A DNA stretch of 60,491 nt, the filler included, from Sphacelaria rigidula (lineage: Eukaryota): the NCBI GenBank assembly GCA_964200075.2. It is 9 parts of 9 records of this genome, joined end to end, with 100 filler letters (N's around TTAATTAATTAA, not from the genome) between each part and the next. Parts side by side here need not be neighbours in the genome. Positions count along the whole stretch, not along the records: positions 6,734 to 13,366 come from CAXNAA020018940.1; positions 13,467 to 20,099 come from CAXNAA020018941.1; positions 20,200 to 26,832 come from CAXNAA020018942.1; 6 more parts are not named here. The stretch is one strand, 5' to 3'. The number at the start of each line of letters is the position of its first letter. Position 1 is the stretch's first letter. The notes under the pieces were generated by a model. It was not told where the DNA came from. It ran no database searches and worked only from the letters and a program-made list of their open reading frames with translations. Position numbers and translations under genes: made by a program. Positions 12,919 through 26,105 of the stretch are shown here, piece after piece.

Positions 12919-13774
12919 TTATATCGGGAAGTTTTGGCGGCCGGAAGACGCCCTCGTTCTGTGGATCTGATGTAGTTAGGGTATTGTTTGTGAAGTATGT
13001 GCTTAAGTGGTCCACACACCTAGATGTTGAGGTGTGACAAACGGCTCTAGCTGGCCTTCGAGTCGTCGTGCGTTTTATCGCGGTCTCTCGGAAAAGCCGT
13101 GTGTGGCGTTGGTGGCGTCGGCGCTGTTGTTCGGTGCTGTAGCCATTGTTGTTGCCTTGCAGTGCAATTGCTTGGCTTTTAAGTAGCTACGCAATGTTGT
13201 GACAAACCATGCTGTTTGGTGACTTTGTTTTGTAGAATTCCGCCCAAGGCTCGGAGAATCTTCCTCCCTTTTGGGTATTCGCCGAAAAATCCTAGGGGGG
13301 TATACTCATGATCATGCATGCCATAGTCATGGGACCATTGACCTCGCATCCCTACAAAGCCGGGACNNNNNNNNNNNNNNNNNNNNNNNNNNNNNNNNNN
13401 NNNNNNNNNNTTAATTAATTAANNNNNNNNNNNNNNNNNNNNNNNNNNNNNNNNNNNNNNNNNNNNGGAATGGCGCAAAAGTTGCGTGGATGCCCCTTGG
13501 ACCAGCGATCCCCTTTTGTCTCCCTTTTGGGCAATCAAGCCGCAGAAATCGTGAATTTGGTGATTTTGAGTCGTGATGATTTGTCCTGACCGTGCAATCT
13601 TGTAGGTTTTTAGTCCAAACGCCCGTGTCTTTTTCAGGTACCATATACGCCTCCAGTCATCATCCGCCGAAAATATTGCGGAACGACCGGCGGACATCTC
13701 AAAACAGAAACCGTTCAAGGGTTTGGTTGTGAGAAAATACCTCGTCACCACTTTTGCTCGCGTCTCACGAACAG

Positions 13775-16700
13775 GTCCATGGGAGCACCCAAAGATCCCG
13801 AATCCGGACTACAAGCCTGACGAGAATCTGTTCCAACGTTGCAAGGCGTGCACTCACGTCGGCTTCGAGCTATGGCAGGTACTTTCTACATCCTCCGCCT
13901 GGCCGATGCAGGATGTTTGTGCGCTAGTCTCCGGATCACACTTTGATCAAGATATGGTAGATAGTTGCAATCCACGCAAAATGTACCGCGTAGAGAGTAA
14001 CCTGTTGCGATTATTGCGCAATGTAGCGTGTAAAGTCGGCAATAGTTGCGTTAGGCCGGTAGTTTATCCGGTACACTTTTTGTCTGTTGAAACTATTGGC
14101 CATACATTGTTTGAGGTGTGCGCTGGATACTTGATGATCGCTTAAATTTTCATTTTAATATTTACCGTACCCTGGACACTGTACTACACAATCGAAAAGT
14201 GTACTGCGTACTGTATACAACATACAAGAGATTCCACACTGTATGTGGTATATTTGTTTACAATATAATCTAATGTCCAGGGTGTGGTATTTACTGCGTT
14301 AAGTTGAGCCCTAGTGCAACTATCGTCCAGGATGCGGTGATATCTCTTGGTTGTGGCAAGTTGATGTGGACAGGAGACAAAGCTGGTGCACTATGGAAGT
14401 CGAGCACGTTATCTACGCGCGCATCTCGTCGCTGATACCCTCCATGATACAGGCAACGATACAGCCAAACTCGTTAAAAATATTGACTGCCCATCATGAT
14501 TGCCTCTACATGAATTTGTGCACGTCTACTCCAAAATGCCTGACACCAGGATATACCACAAGAAAACTCTTGGCACCACTATTAATAGTAAATGCCCATC
14601 GTGACCAGCAAACTACTTCCTCGTTTTTCTTTTTTCACCTATGAGACTTGACAATGCGCTGTTTTTTTGCCGTCCTTATTATGATTTTTTTCTCAGGTGA
14701 AATCGGGCACGATCTTCGACGAGATTCTGGTGACCGACTCCATCGAGGAGGCGAACAAATTCGCGGAGGAGACGTGGGCCGCCAAGAAGGACAAGGAAGT
14801 AACTGCGCACGAGGAGCACAAGGCCAAGGTCCGGGAGCAGGAGAAGGTTAGTCAACCAACAGCGTTATAGTGTTGCTTACGGTTGCGTATCCACGTCGAT
14901 GGTGACGATATGTCGAACCCGAACGACCGGTTCTCGGCATGTACGTCGCCTGATCGCCGTTACTGGCTTGAGTGTGGGAAGAAGTCATTTTCCATGGATG
15001 GATGATGATCCAGAGCGTGATTAGGCGGTAGACTCTCGCGTGGCGTTTTGAAGGCAAACGTGATTCATCATCGATATTTCTCCGTGATATATTGTCGTTT
15101 TTTGGTCATTTCATCGCCGATATGTTTGCGATAATACCGTCAAATACTTGATATGAGTAGCAGTGGGCAATCGGGCTCCGCGCCGTGCCATGTTGAGGAG
15201 TATGTATACCTCTGATATTGATCATCGATGTCGGTGACCGTGCGGGGGTGAACCAAGCTGAATTTTCACTAGTCCACGATAGATCCTCTCGCGGAATCTA
15301 ACGTTCAAGGACTTTTACAAAAGAGCGGTACTGCAGAGAAGGACGCTGAACGGGGACAAAACTCGTCAGTCTGTGGACGGGTGAAACATGTTTGTTTCGG
15401 AGCAGTATTCGTGTCTCTCCTTCTACAACAGCCTACGAGCTGGGCCAGTCTATGAGCGAATTCATAGTTTGCAGGCCCATCTGTAGGCGAATATGTAGAG
15501 TTGGAACCTAAAATTCGGTGTGGATAATGAAGAAGGTATTATAAAAAAAGATACCTTTGCACACAGGGCATTGTGCTGATGCCTGAAAACTGATGAGTGC
15601 CCTTAACTCATGAAAAAAACCCCCATGTGTCAATGGGTATTTTTCTTCTTGCTGTATGCCTTCATCGTTCACACCAAATTTTTGGATCCAACTCTGAGTA
15701 GTGGCCGACGGATGGGCCCTTAAGTAACCGGGTTGGTAGAAATTCGGAACAGTGATTTGCAGGCCACATATCGGCCCACGTTTGGTGTTTGTGTATCGAA
15801 GTTTTGTGTGGGACCTCGCTAGGGTATAATGTACCAAAATATATTTTCTCGTCCTTGTCCCCTCAACTTTCGCGAAGACGGAGGACTGTCCGACAAGCGC
15901 AGGCACGAAAAGTTGTGGATTGGCACGTATGGCTGATCATTCAGTTGTCTCTTGCGCATGTTCACTAATGCTTTGTGCGTCAGTGCTAACAGCTGCAGGC
16001 GTAAACAATCGCTAGTACGCCCTAACTCGGAGGTCTACCTCAACAGTACTTCAACAATCAAATAGCGCGTCGCACGCTGCACGCCGCACAACAGTAGGAA
16101 TAAACACAACCTACCAGCTGCGGTGCGCTGTACTACTGACGTGGTGGTGCTCTGGTACCGTGTGGTGAACGCTCATACATGCCGCAGCCATAAACTTCCC
16201 CGTAACACAATATATTACAATATGTATACATACACATATTTGACTGCCGTTTTTCCCTGTTGACGTACACGGTGCATCATTGTAGTACCTTTCATCTCCT
16301 CATTTATTCGGTTGTTTACGGCATCGGCGTCGATGGCTGCTTTTGCTCTGCACAGACGATGCGATAGACTACAGTACGCAAGCAATAAGATATGCGTGTA
16401 TCATAGGATACATGCGACCTACACACCGAAGCACTACTGTTCTCACCCTGGAAATACGAGATCATGTTCAGCGAGTGGGGATTGATGTGCAAAGGCCCAC
16501 ACGGGTGACTGCCGACTCAAAAATTGAGTCGATGGGACCGAAGGAACAGTCTCATCTACAACTAAGCCGGAGATTGGTTGGCTGTCGAGCCCGCTCATGG
16601 TGTAGCGGGTCGAGACATGGCACGACACGGCCCTCCGCGACTCATGAATCTGAAAAAAATTCGCCGCGTGTACTACAGAGCGTACGTAATGTGCGTTACA

Positions 16701-17597
16701 AGCTCGGAGAGTGATGAGCGTGCTCACTCGGGCATTGATGCCACGCGTCGTGCGGAGTACGTGGAGTACAACGGGGGATTTCGCAAATGTGGATGCCATG
16801 GTATAAGACGCAATTGTGCTCTTCTAAGGGCTGGGGCTATGCGCAAACGTTGCGCGCTTTACTCAAGGACTGGAGCTGTTGGAACTGGTGGTTTTAAACA
16901 AATCGGAGTTTTATTCTCCACCTGACCATGTTTCTACATGAGTCACTATTGGAAAAACTTTACTCGGAGCATGCAGCGGCTGAATGAAACTGACCTGACG
17001 ACAACGACATTCCCGTTTTTATATGCGCATCTCGTCTGATGTTGAGTAGTGGTTACTTTATTCTTACCCCACAGCGCTGGGCGTCGGTAAATGATGAGGC
17101 GTTTTGCACAAGGATAGTAGCAGAGGATGCCAGGAGGGTGAATGAAAAATCGAGGTCGCTCGATATACCTTGTTTTTAAAGTAAAACGGTGTACCTGGTG
17201 ATTTGGGAGTCACCTCTTCGACCGAGTCTTGGTATTTCCTCGTGCATAGATTCGGGACCACCCCGATGTTCTGTGCTATGTTGTATGCTCCTCGTGTGGT
17301 GTGTCCTCGTCATCTATTGCTTTCCGTTCATCCATGCCACAAATGTTTGCTTTGCATCGTACCGACTGCCCGTCTCACCCTTGTGTCCCTGTGCGATTTT
17401 TTTTCTGACATTGCACGCGCCTTGCTTTGTGACAGGCGGAGAAGGAGGCAAAGAAGGTCGCGGCGGAAGCCAGCAAAGCTGACGATGAAAGCGCCGATGA
17501 AGTCGACGAAGACCTAGACGCCAACCTCGCCGACGCGGCAGAAGCGGCAGCTGCGGCCACCGCGGCGGCAGAGGAGGAGGAGCACAACGAGCTGTGA
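13775..17597 (+). CDS. CRT: Calreticulin, last three exons
   Basis: Exons 13775-13878 (GPWEHPKIPNPDY...VGFELWQ), 14697-14846 (VKSGTIFDEILVTDSIEEA..), 17436-17597 (acidic tail ending HNEL*). GT-AG boundaries in phase; hallmark ELWQVKSGTIFD motif. Confidence 0.95.
15434..15845 (+). mobile_element. Mariner-like non-autonomous element fragment in the calreticulin intron
   Basis: TA-CGAGCTGGGCCAG terminus; homologous to 30903-30994 plus 32488-32830. Confidence 0.65.
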
Positions 17598-20550
17598 ACT
17601 GCAACAGTATCTTGCGTTGACTTCTAGATTTAACGTCATAGCAAATAAGCCACACCGTAGGTTTTGGGTAGACGGCGAAAATACCTCGGTGACAACGTCA
17701 ATTGAAATACCCGTGAGCTTGTTTTCTGTACGTTAGCACCTCCGAGGCGTGAAGGTTGTCCGGCTGTTACAATATCTCGGCCAATCACGTAATTTGTGAC
17801 TGACGAAATTACTTGCTTGTGGTGTCGTGAGAAATTCTCAAGGGCTTGGGTCGTTTTTTTTTCTTCATTTCGCAAGTATTTGAAAAGTTCGTTTGTGATG
17901 AACTCACATGGCTGTGGTCTTGCATTTTGGTGGAAAGGTCGCTATTGGAAACAACAGTTGTATGTATAAGTGTGTTCCGGGTTGTCACCAAAGGCACCGT
18001 GACGCCATCGCTGTGAACTCGTGGCATTGTGTACATGTGCCATTATCTTGTGAAGGTGAAATTGATTTCGCGGGAAGACTTGGCTAAATAGCGAATTGGG
18101 CGGGTATAGTTTTGGGACAAATACGGATAAATCATGAACCACCAGAAGCATGGAAAAAAAGTGTTGCAAAAGTATGGCGTGCCGCTTTGATGATTTCTGA
18201 TGGCATTTACTGCTTCTGCTCGGGGAAATTGCGGAGATGATCATGGTCGTAGACGTTGTTTCAGCAGTTATAGTCGGTCCGATGCCCTCCCGAGAGGTGC
18301 ATGTGACTGCTGTGCTACATCCAAACTGCTAGGGTGTGCGGTTGGGTGAGTGTGGAGCTCGTCGAGCGATTTCGATTGATGCTCCTGTGAAAAAACGACG
18401 TAGGAACGAAGCGTCTGCATTCAGCCCTGTGCAGCGGGGCTAGGGGTGTGGGATGAAGTATGACTTGGTGCCATTGTCCTGCTTGGCCGGTGTCGGAAGA
18501 GTCGACAAGTTGTGGTGTGTTTCCGTCGTGCGTGGTGAATGGAAGATTTGGGAATCCGGCAGCCGCCTAGGGAATTCGAGAACGTTCCCTGGTTATCGGC
18601 ATTTTTTCGTTCTTGCTTCCACACGGCTCTATGTGAGCACCCGTGTTTTTTATAATGAAATCTCCGCTATTCTCTTCATTTCTTCCGCTTAATCACGTTT
18701 CCTCATTCCTGTCATGTTTCGCTAGCTGTCCGAGTGTAGACCTTCTCGTACTCGGTACATCTGCAGGCATCGTGTGCCATAATACTATGCTGTACTGTAC
18801 GCACCATCACTGAAATCAAAGTTCCGCCTTCGGCCACTGCAGGATATATTTTCACGTGCGTCTATCGAGGTCATCGCGATGATGGAATTGTGAGTTATCA
18901 TGGCTGATGATTTTTTTCTTCCGTAGCTCTGTTTTGTGTCCGGAGTGAAATGCCCCTTCCTGTAGTAGCTTTACAACGTGCCCCCATCCCGTGTAAGATA
19001 TCGACGTGTAGCTGTAAGCACACGCGAGTAATAAAGACAGAAAAAAGCGCACAAAATGAAATTTGGCCACGGTGAATCGAATGATCAAAGCCACTCTCTA
19101 TCAGCGCTCTACTCTCAATCTTACGGAAACGTAATTACTCATCTTCATTCTCCCCGACGATGACATGGGTGAAGAGATATTTCGGAACTGAAACGATTCA
19201 TTCCCTAATTGAACGCTTTCCACTCTCAATCGCATCCTCTACTCTCAATCTCAAGACAACACTGTAGTTAGCTGTTCGATGTTCTGTGTGAAGGCGCTCA
19301 GTCGTCACACCCATGGCATTGGAACAAAATTCGAACCAACTCTTCTTACTCGTAGTCGCGGCACCTTTACAGTCGGTCATAGACGCACGATCGAGCCAGT
19401 GCGCCCTGTGTCCACATAAGCACGATTGACTCGACGTTTGTAGATCGGTAGACACGGGACTACGGGGTTTTCGAATATCGGTGTTCAAAACAAATCAAGC
19501 AAAACATATTGGATACACTACACTAGGCAGCAGGTAGAGGCAGTGGAGCTGTTGAATAGGACGGGGGGGGCGATGAAAACAGAAAAAGATGAACACGATC
19601 GTGGTTTTACGAGCACCAAGTCGAAATGAAGAAGGCACACGATATATCTTCGAAAGCAAACGTTGACGCACGTACAACAGGAGAGCCGGGGGGAGCATCT
19701 AACACGAAGATATACAACACCAAGCCAGCGCAAAGCAGGCGCGCGGGATATACCTCCGAAAGGAAACGGCGCGCTAATACAGGCTGTCGCTTACGCCAGA
19801 GACATATGTGAAGGCTGAATTTCCTACTCGGCGCAAGGGATTTTGTTTAAGAAAGGTCGTGGGACCTCTGTTATTGAATTGATTCCCTTGTTGATAAATG
19901 TGTTTAATGTTTTTAGCGCACGGAGGCGCGTCCTGTCCAAAACGAGAGGCAGAGAGAAATCGATCTTCGCGTCGGCGACAGGCAAGAAGAGACGACGGAA
20001 TCTCCCCGCAACTCGGTGTTTCGGGACATGGAAAACTTTGCACATGCTGGTAAGATCGATGATGCCAATCTCTCGAGAGTTTGGTAATCGCCGAGCGGGN
20101 NNNNNNNNNNNNNNNNNNNNNNNNNNNNNNNNNNNNNNNNNNNTTAATTAATTAANNNNNNNNNNNNNNNNNNNNNNNNNNNNNNNNNNNNNNNNNNNNG
20201 CGGATCTGCCTCCATCTCCTGTAGTGTTGGGCCGAAGGGGGCGGGCTATCGTGGAAAGCGTCGAAAGGAAAAAAAAGAGTCAACGCAAATCCTCGTTCAT
20301 TTCCGACTGAAGCGCCGCTAGAGCTGCTGCCCCCCGTGGCCGCCATGCAGGGGGAACTGTGTGTATATGTGGTTGTGTGTTTATGGTGGCTATGATGCCG
20401 ATGACTTCTGATGCAGCCATGTTGATGTTAACAAAAAGCAAATCCATCGCTACACGAAACGGAACACAGGTGTGTGCACATCTAACCGTCGTCACGTACA
20501 TACAATATCAACGTGCATGAGCATCCCAACAGAAACAACTCCAAGCTCGG

Positions 20551-21051
20551 CGTAGCTCCCATAGCTCTTTGGGCAATCATGCGTAGCTCATGTAGCTCTC
20601 ATAGCTCATCCAGGGCAAACATGTGCAGATGCTACGTCCGGTCGCTCACCCAGGGCAAACCTGTGTGTAGCTCATGCATCTCTCATAGCTCGTCCAGGGC
20701 AAACATGCGTAGCTGATGCAGCTCTCATAGCTCACCCATGGCGAATATGAGCTGATGAGCTACGGGCTCGTAGCTCACCCAGGACGAATTTGAGCTGACG
20801 AGCTACGGGTTCGTAGCTCACCTATGGCAAACGTGTGTAGTTCATACAGCTCTCATAGCTCACCCAGGACGAATACGAGCTGATGAGCTAGGGGTTGGTA
20901 GCTCACGTAGAGCAAACATGTGTAGCTCATACAGCTCTCATAGCTTACTCAAGGAAAAAATGCGTGGCTCATGTAGCTCTCATAGCTCACAAGGGAGCTG
21001 CGCTAGAAAGAGCTAGCTCGAGCTACAGGGAGCTGATCTGTCCGACGTGTG
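20551..21051 (+). repeat. AGCT-rich 42-43-bp tandem array plus right terminus of a TIR element
   Basis: About 11 units sharing TAGCTCACCCAGGGCAAACAT. The terminus GGGAGCTGATCTGTCCGACG is identical to 45082-45101. Confidence 0.85.
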
Positions 21052-23173
21052 AAATTGTTGTAGAGCGCACGACCTTTGGAGAGGGTCTCCTAGAAAACGG
21101 GGTCCAAGATCGCGGTGAAGTTGAACCTGCGTTTGGCATTTCGCCCATTTCTGCCAAAAGAGTTTGGGTGGGGAAAGCACTTCCGGCTGGTGTATTTGTG
21201 TCACAGTAGAAGCTAGGCAGGTGTGGCTACGTCGGCCAGTTCATTCGGTGTTGACGTTTTTTTATGACGGTATCACCGGAGGAGCAATGGCTGAGGGAAA
21301 GCTCCTCGCCGATGTCCTTTGTGCGTCTTCGTTAGCGATTCCTGATCAGTCGAGAGATTGACATCGGGTTTCCACCATACACACCATCAGCATCCCTTCC
21401 GATGGCACTAGAAAGGCAGGCGGTTGGTTATACTGCGCAAAAATAAAGCGGCCTGGCTTGTCGCATCTTGACTGATGCCATCATATCTTGTCGTGCTGAC
21501 CAAGGCAAAAATCGATTCCTTTCTGCCTCTCATTTTGGACAGGACGTGCCTCTGTGCGCTGCAGAACCCGTCGTTGAAAACAGGGCGATATTACCGTCAA
21601 CGCTACCGCTCTCTCATACACACAAAATATCGAGCAATGACTGCTGCACAAGATCCATTCGGCAATCAGGGGTGTCATATTACGTATCATATACAGCTTG
21701 CTGCCAGGACAGCAGCACAGATTATGGTCAGGGCCGTGGAGTATAAAATCCACGAACATGGAGACTTCCTTGGTATGCCTAGTGAAACAGGAAACCTCTG
21801 GCAGCGGCTTCGCTGCTCTTGGCGTGGCCCGCATGAGGCCTGGCATACTGTTAGGTATGAATTGTGGTGTGCTGTTTTTCATGTGCAATCGAGGCGCACT
21901 GTGGGAAGGGGCGATGCGTTCGATTTTTCGATTGCCGTTCACTCTGCCCAGGCCACCAAATGCTTTTGCTTGAGGCGAGATATGGTTCCACCACGGGTAA
22001 GAGCGCTCTCGTAATGTATGGGCTGCTTGCCATTTTTTTTGCGGCCCACGCTGTGGAGGGCTGACCAAAAACGTCTCGTCTGCTGAAACAGCTTGAATTA
22101 GGATTCAAGTCGCGCGGCAGCCGCCAGTCTGGCGCTGTCGTTCCCCTCTAAAGCTAACGAAGTTCATTATGACTGACTGTAGTCACATGCCTAGGTGTTT
22201 TTGTGCGTAGAAGAACAACGCATGGAATTTAGAATGAAACTTATTCATAGCCCAAGGATAGCCTCAAAATGACTGCCAAACGCTAACAGCACGCGATTTC
22301 TTCGGCCTCCCAAGGCATGAATAAAGAGAAGCGATACCACAGTTTTTTCATATAGCTGTCTCTCCCGCACTATTTGAATTCTTGTATGCCGCGAGCAAGC
22401 AAGTCCGTCGACATCCAGCACCAGAAAGGGTTCATATACTGTCGATCAAAACGTCTTTTTGACTAGAGCTGGTTAACGCGACTCGACGCACCAGGAAAAT
22501 ACCTTGAAATTCAGTGGTCACGGGAATACACTTTGATCGCTGCATGTAGAGGAACACGAACGAAGGTGATCCCTCGAAGCTATGGATTACCGTAGGTTGC
22601 TTGCTTTGCATTAAAGCAAGGGCGTCCAAATAGTGGGGAGGGGTATATTGAAACACGTTCTGGCACGACAGAAGGTCCAGCAAATGTGGAGAGCAATTGG
22701 ACATATCGTGATGTCGACTGACTTCGTGAGGTCCATCCCTATTTTAATACAGTAATCCGCTTGAATCTCTCGTGCATAGACCACGAGACAGCCGTTGTCA
22801 AAACACGAAGCTCGAGAGTGCTGTAGGCACAAATCCAGCAAATAACGCCAATACTGAAACAGAGTTTCGAACGAACACCATAGCGCGACTTTCCGCAGGT
22901 GACGGGGAAGTGCGTGTTGCTGCCACATCGTACCAATCTTTACATAGTGAGCAAGCACAGTGCACTATTTTCAACAGTGGACAAGCACCTGCTCAACAGC
23001 ACCGCTCACATTACTTGAGACAAAAATTCACGTCTAAGTATAAAGGGGTAATTACAACATTTCGCGTCAGAGGCCGTATCGTTTAATCATATGACCGTAG
23101 GGTGCCTGGCCAGGGACAATTTTGAGGTACGCCTTAGTTACTCGCTGATAGACTTGTGAAAATGTACATGTGA

Positions 23174-23421
23174 GAGTTATCCTACGATAGGGGGGGTATT
23201 TTGAGCCACTTCTTGCACGAAATTACAAGTCAAATCGCCGTTGAAAGGAGCAACGGTTACTCGAACGAGCTTGTTATAGATGAATAAGGCTCATTCATAC
23301 CGATTGACATCGCTTTGAACTAAATACAAGCGCACCACGAGTATGGCAAGTCGTCTGACACACTTTTGAGCCTCTATTTTCGTGCAACCAAATACCCCCC
23401 CTCCCTATGGTAGGATGACTC
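23174..23421. mobile_element. MITE, 248 bp (empty-site copy)
   Basis: TIRs GAGTTATCCTACGATAGGGGGGGTATTT / AAATACCCCCCCTCCCTATGGTAGGATGACTC; colinear paralogue at 25646-26105. Confidence 0.85.
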
Positions 23422-25645
23422 GTACATTCTGCAAGAAAGGGGTGCTGGAGAATTGCACGAACATACAGCACAAGGTTGTCAGAGTTGCGGTTTGTGGGTT
23501 GCAGGAGCTGGGTGTTGACATGTAGTTTATGCCAAGAACCGGCGCAACCACCAGCAGGCAAAATTCAGAGAAGAACGTATCTGGCAAAATTCGGACGTAG
23601 ATGATCGAACTCGTCTTCACACCGCTGTTTCGGAGTGGCATAACGGCTGATTTCGCCTCAGTAGCTATTTCCTAGTTGACGCTCCCGGCATGTGTGCACG
23701 TAGCGTCATTGCTGCGGGAGGGGGGAGTCATTGCCCCCCCCACCCCCCCCAGGCTCCCCCCGTATCACCACTTTTATAGTCCGATAGTGAACGACCTATT
23801 CTCTCTCTCTACAACATGAGGGAACGCCTTGGAACAATATCTCGGAGGGCGGGGATTAGGCTGCCCAATAGTGCGTCGCATCATCGATCAAAAACAAAAT
23901 AAATCGATGACTTTGCAAAGTAAGATTGCGAAGCACTTATTTTTCGTGCACTGTTGCACCTAGCCTTCTTGTGCGAATATCTAGTCTTAGTAGTCAGCGA
24001 GCACATGATCATCCTTGAGCAGCGAACACGCATGAATCGTTCCGCCATCAGAAGGTAGCAGGAGTCAGAGTGCGATTGGAATTTTCGGTTAGACGTGGTA
24101 ACGCTTACGAATGGCTATCCTCCATTTTTAACACTCCCCAAAATGCCCAGTTTCACAGCCTCCCCAGTATCATACAGCTAACCACGTATCGGTAATATGC
24201 TGTGAGCATATCTCCCACGGGAGATGCTGAGTGATTACACTCCGTAGTTTCCCGTATCTGCCGCGCGTCGACGCCAAATCGATCACGTAAGGTGCCTCCG
24301 CTATGGACTTCCCGAGGCAGGGTACGAGTGGGCATTTTATCGACCGAGGCTGATCGAAGTCCATCCAGTGAGGGGAGGGCGCAAGAATCGAAACTCTGCA
24401 GCTTTCACGAGTGCTCGCCGAGAGCCCAGCACCAAACAAAGCAACCGTGTCTTCATACAGGGCAGAGGCCGGAAGCTCAACTATGTATCAACGTCCCTGG
24501 AGGGACGAGAGGGGATTCGAGTAAGGAATAAATCCGGAAGCGACTGGCTTCACGGAGCCATAGGAGGAGCGATATGGCGACTGCAGTCCGTCACCCTGCG
24601 GCAAACGTGCCACCTGTACGGCTCATACAACATTTTAGGTCAAACTGTAGCATTGGCGATACCGATGCCAAGCAATACAACACAATGTGGCATGGTGCCT
24701 CAGCAGACGGCGTGTGGATCAGCGGTAAAGCTACTTTGAAGATTCTTGCAATATATATATCGGGTCGACGAGCTGCAGGAGTACGGAGTCGGGTGGAAGT
24801 AGGTGCTCATACCCCGTGGTATCATCGCGTACTGACTCACCAAACATAACGATAGGGAGTCATGTACGCATGCTGCAACCGCGGGATGAGGTGAAGTATG
24901 CCGCATGCCGAGCAGCGAAAGAGGTGAAGCTCTGCGACGCATACTGAGCTGAGAACGCCCCCGTGCTTGCAACATAAATGGAACTCAGCTGATTGAGACG
25001 AGATGCCGAACCTCCTGAAATAAGGTCGAATCGTTCGTTGCAACATTTGTAAGCACCAAACGGCCAGTTTGGGGATGCACCGCGGACCGTGTGGCAATAA
25101 GTACCTGTGCGGCCAGGAAAAACATTACAGCAACCAAGACTTGACGAGAGCTGATGATGCCAAGTACGGGCAAGCGACGAGGGAAAGTGGAAACATACCC
25201 AACGATGAACATAATGCGTATGGAGGCGCCAAACGAATGGCACGGTGGTAAGTTTGTCGTCATAGCGTCCCGTTTAACACGGTCGAAGATAAATGTTGAC
25301 GCGGAGATGCACGTTCGTACCGCCTGTTGGAGCCGCAAGCGTTCCATAAACGGACGAATACCCTAGTCTCGCAAGCCCAGGTCGAAAATGCAATGGGAAA
25401 GGACTGCACGTGAAGCGTGCGAACATTGTCTGAAGAGCGTGGCGTCGCTCGACACTTCGTTTGCGGTAGATGATCCATAGGGTCGCATGCGTGACGCACA
25501 TCACTTGTTGAGACGAATAATCAAGAGCAGTGGGTGAAACGAGGGCTAGCGCGGGTAGCGAGCTCGCACAATGTCGGATATTAGTACTGAGAGAAGCCCC
25601 AGTTATCTCAAGAACCACGAACACAAATGGATTCTATGCACTACC

Positions 25646-26105
25646 GATTTATCCTACGATAGGGGGGGGGGGGGGGTATTTTTGGACACTTCTTGCACGA
25701 GATTCCGAGTCAAACCCTCGTTGAAAGCAGCAACGGTTGCTCGAACGAGCTCGTTATAGGTAAATGACGCTCTTTCATACCAATTGACACCGTTTTGAAC
25801 CAAATACAAGCGCGTCGCGAGTGTGGCAGGTCATCTGACACACTTATGATGAGCCTCTTTTTTCGTGCAATCAAATACTCCCCCTAGGAGATGAATGGTG
25901 GCCACAGACGGCGAAATAGAACGGGGATAAAATATGTGAAAGGGTTCTGTGTGATGTATGGAAGAAACTTAATGAACGCCGGAAGGTTGGAGGTGTCTCT
26001 GTTCGGAGTAGGAACGGTGCTCCGTCTCGAAAGGGGTGCGTGGTCAATGGTCACACGGCCAAGGCAAGTAACAACAGAGTACACCCCCCTATCGTAGGAT
26101 GACTC
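25646..26105. mobile_element. Same MITE carrying a LINE 3'-end insertion (25886-26085) in its right TIR
   Basis: Aligns with 23174-23421 except for a ~200-bp insert homologous to the LINE end at 8810-8990, flanked by CCCCTA (25880-25885, 26086-26091). TACC flanks both MITE ends. Confidence 0.85.

Noticed and set aside
20551..20990. CRISPR-like look of the AGCT arrays (constant part plus variable part)
   Set aside because: The variable parts are only two related types rather than unique spacers; no cas genes; eukaryotic context.
22430..25560. Many overlapping 60-130-aa ORFs, possibly a decayed transposon
   Set aside because: No motif I can assign with confidence; needs a frameshift-aware profile search.
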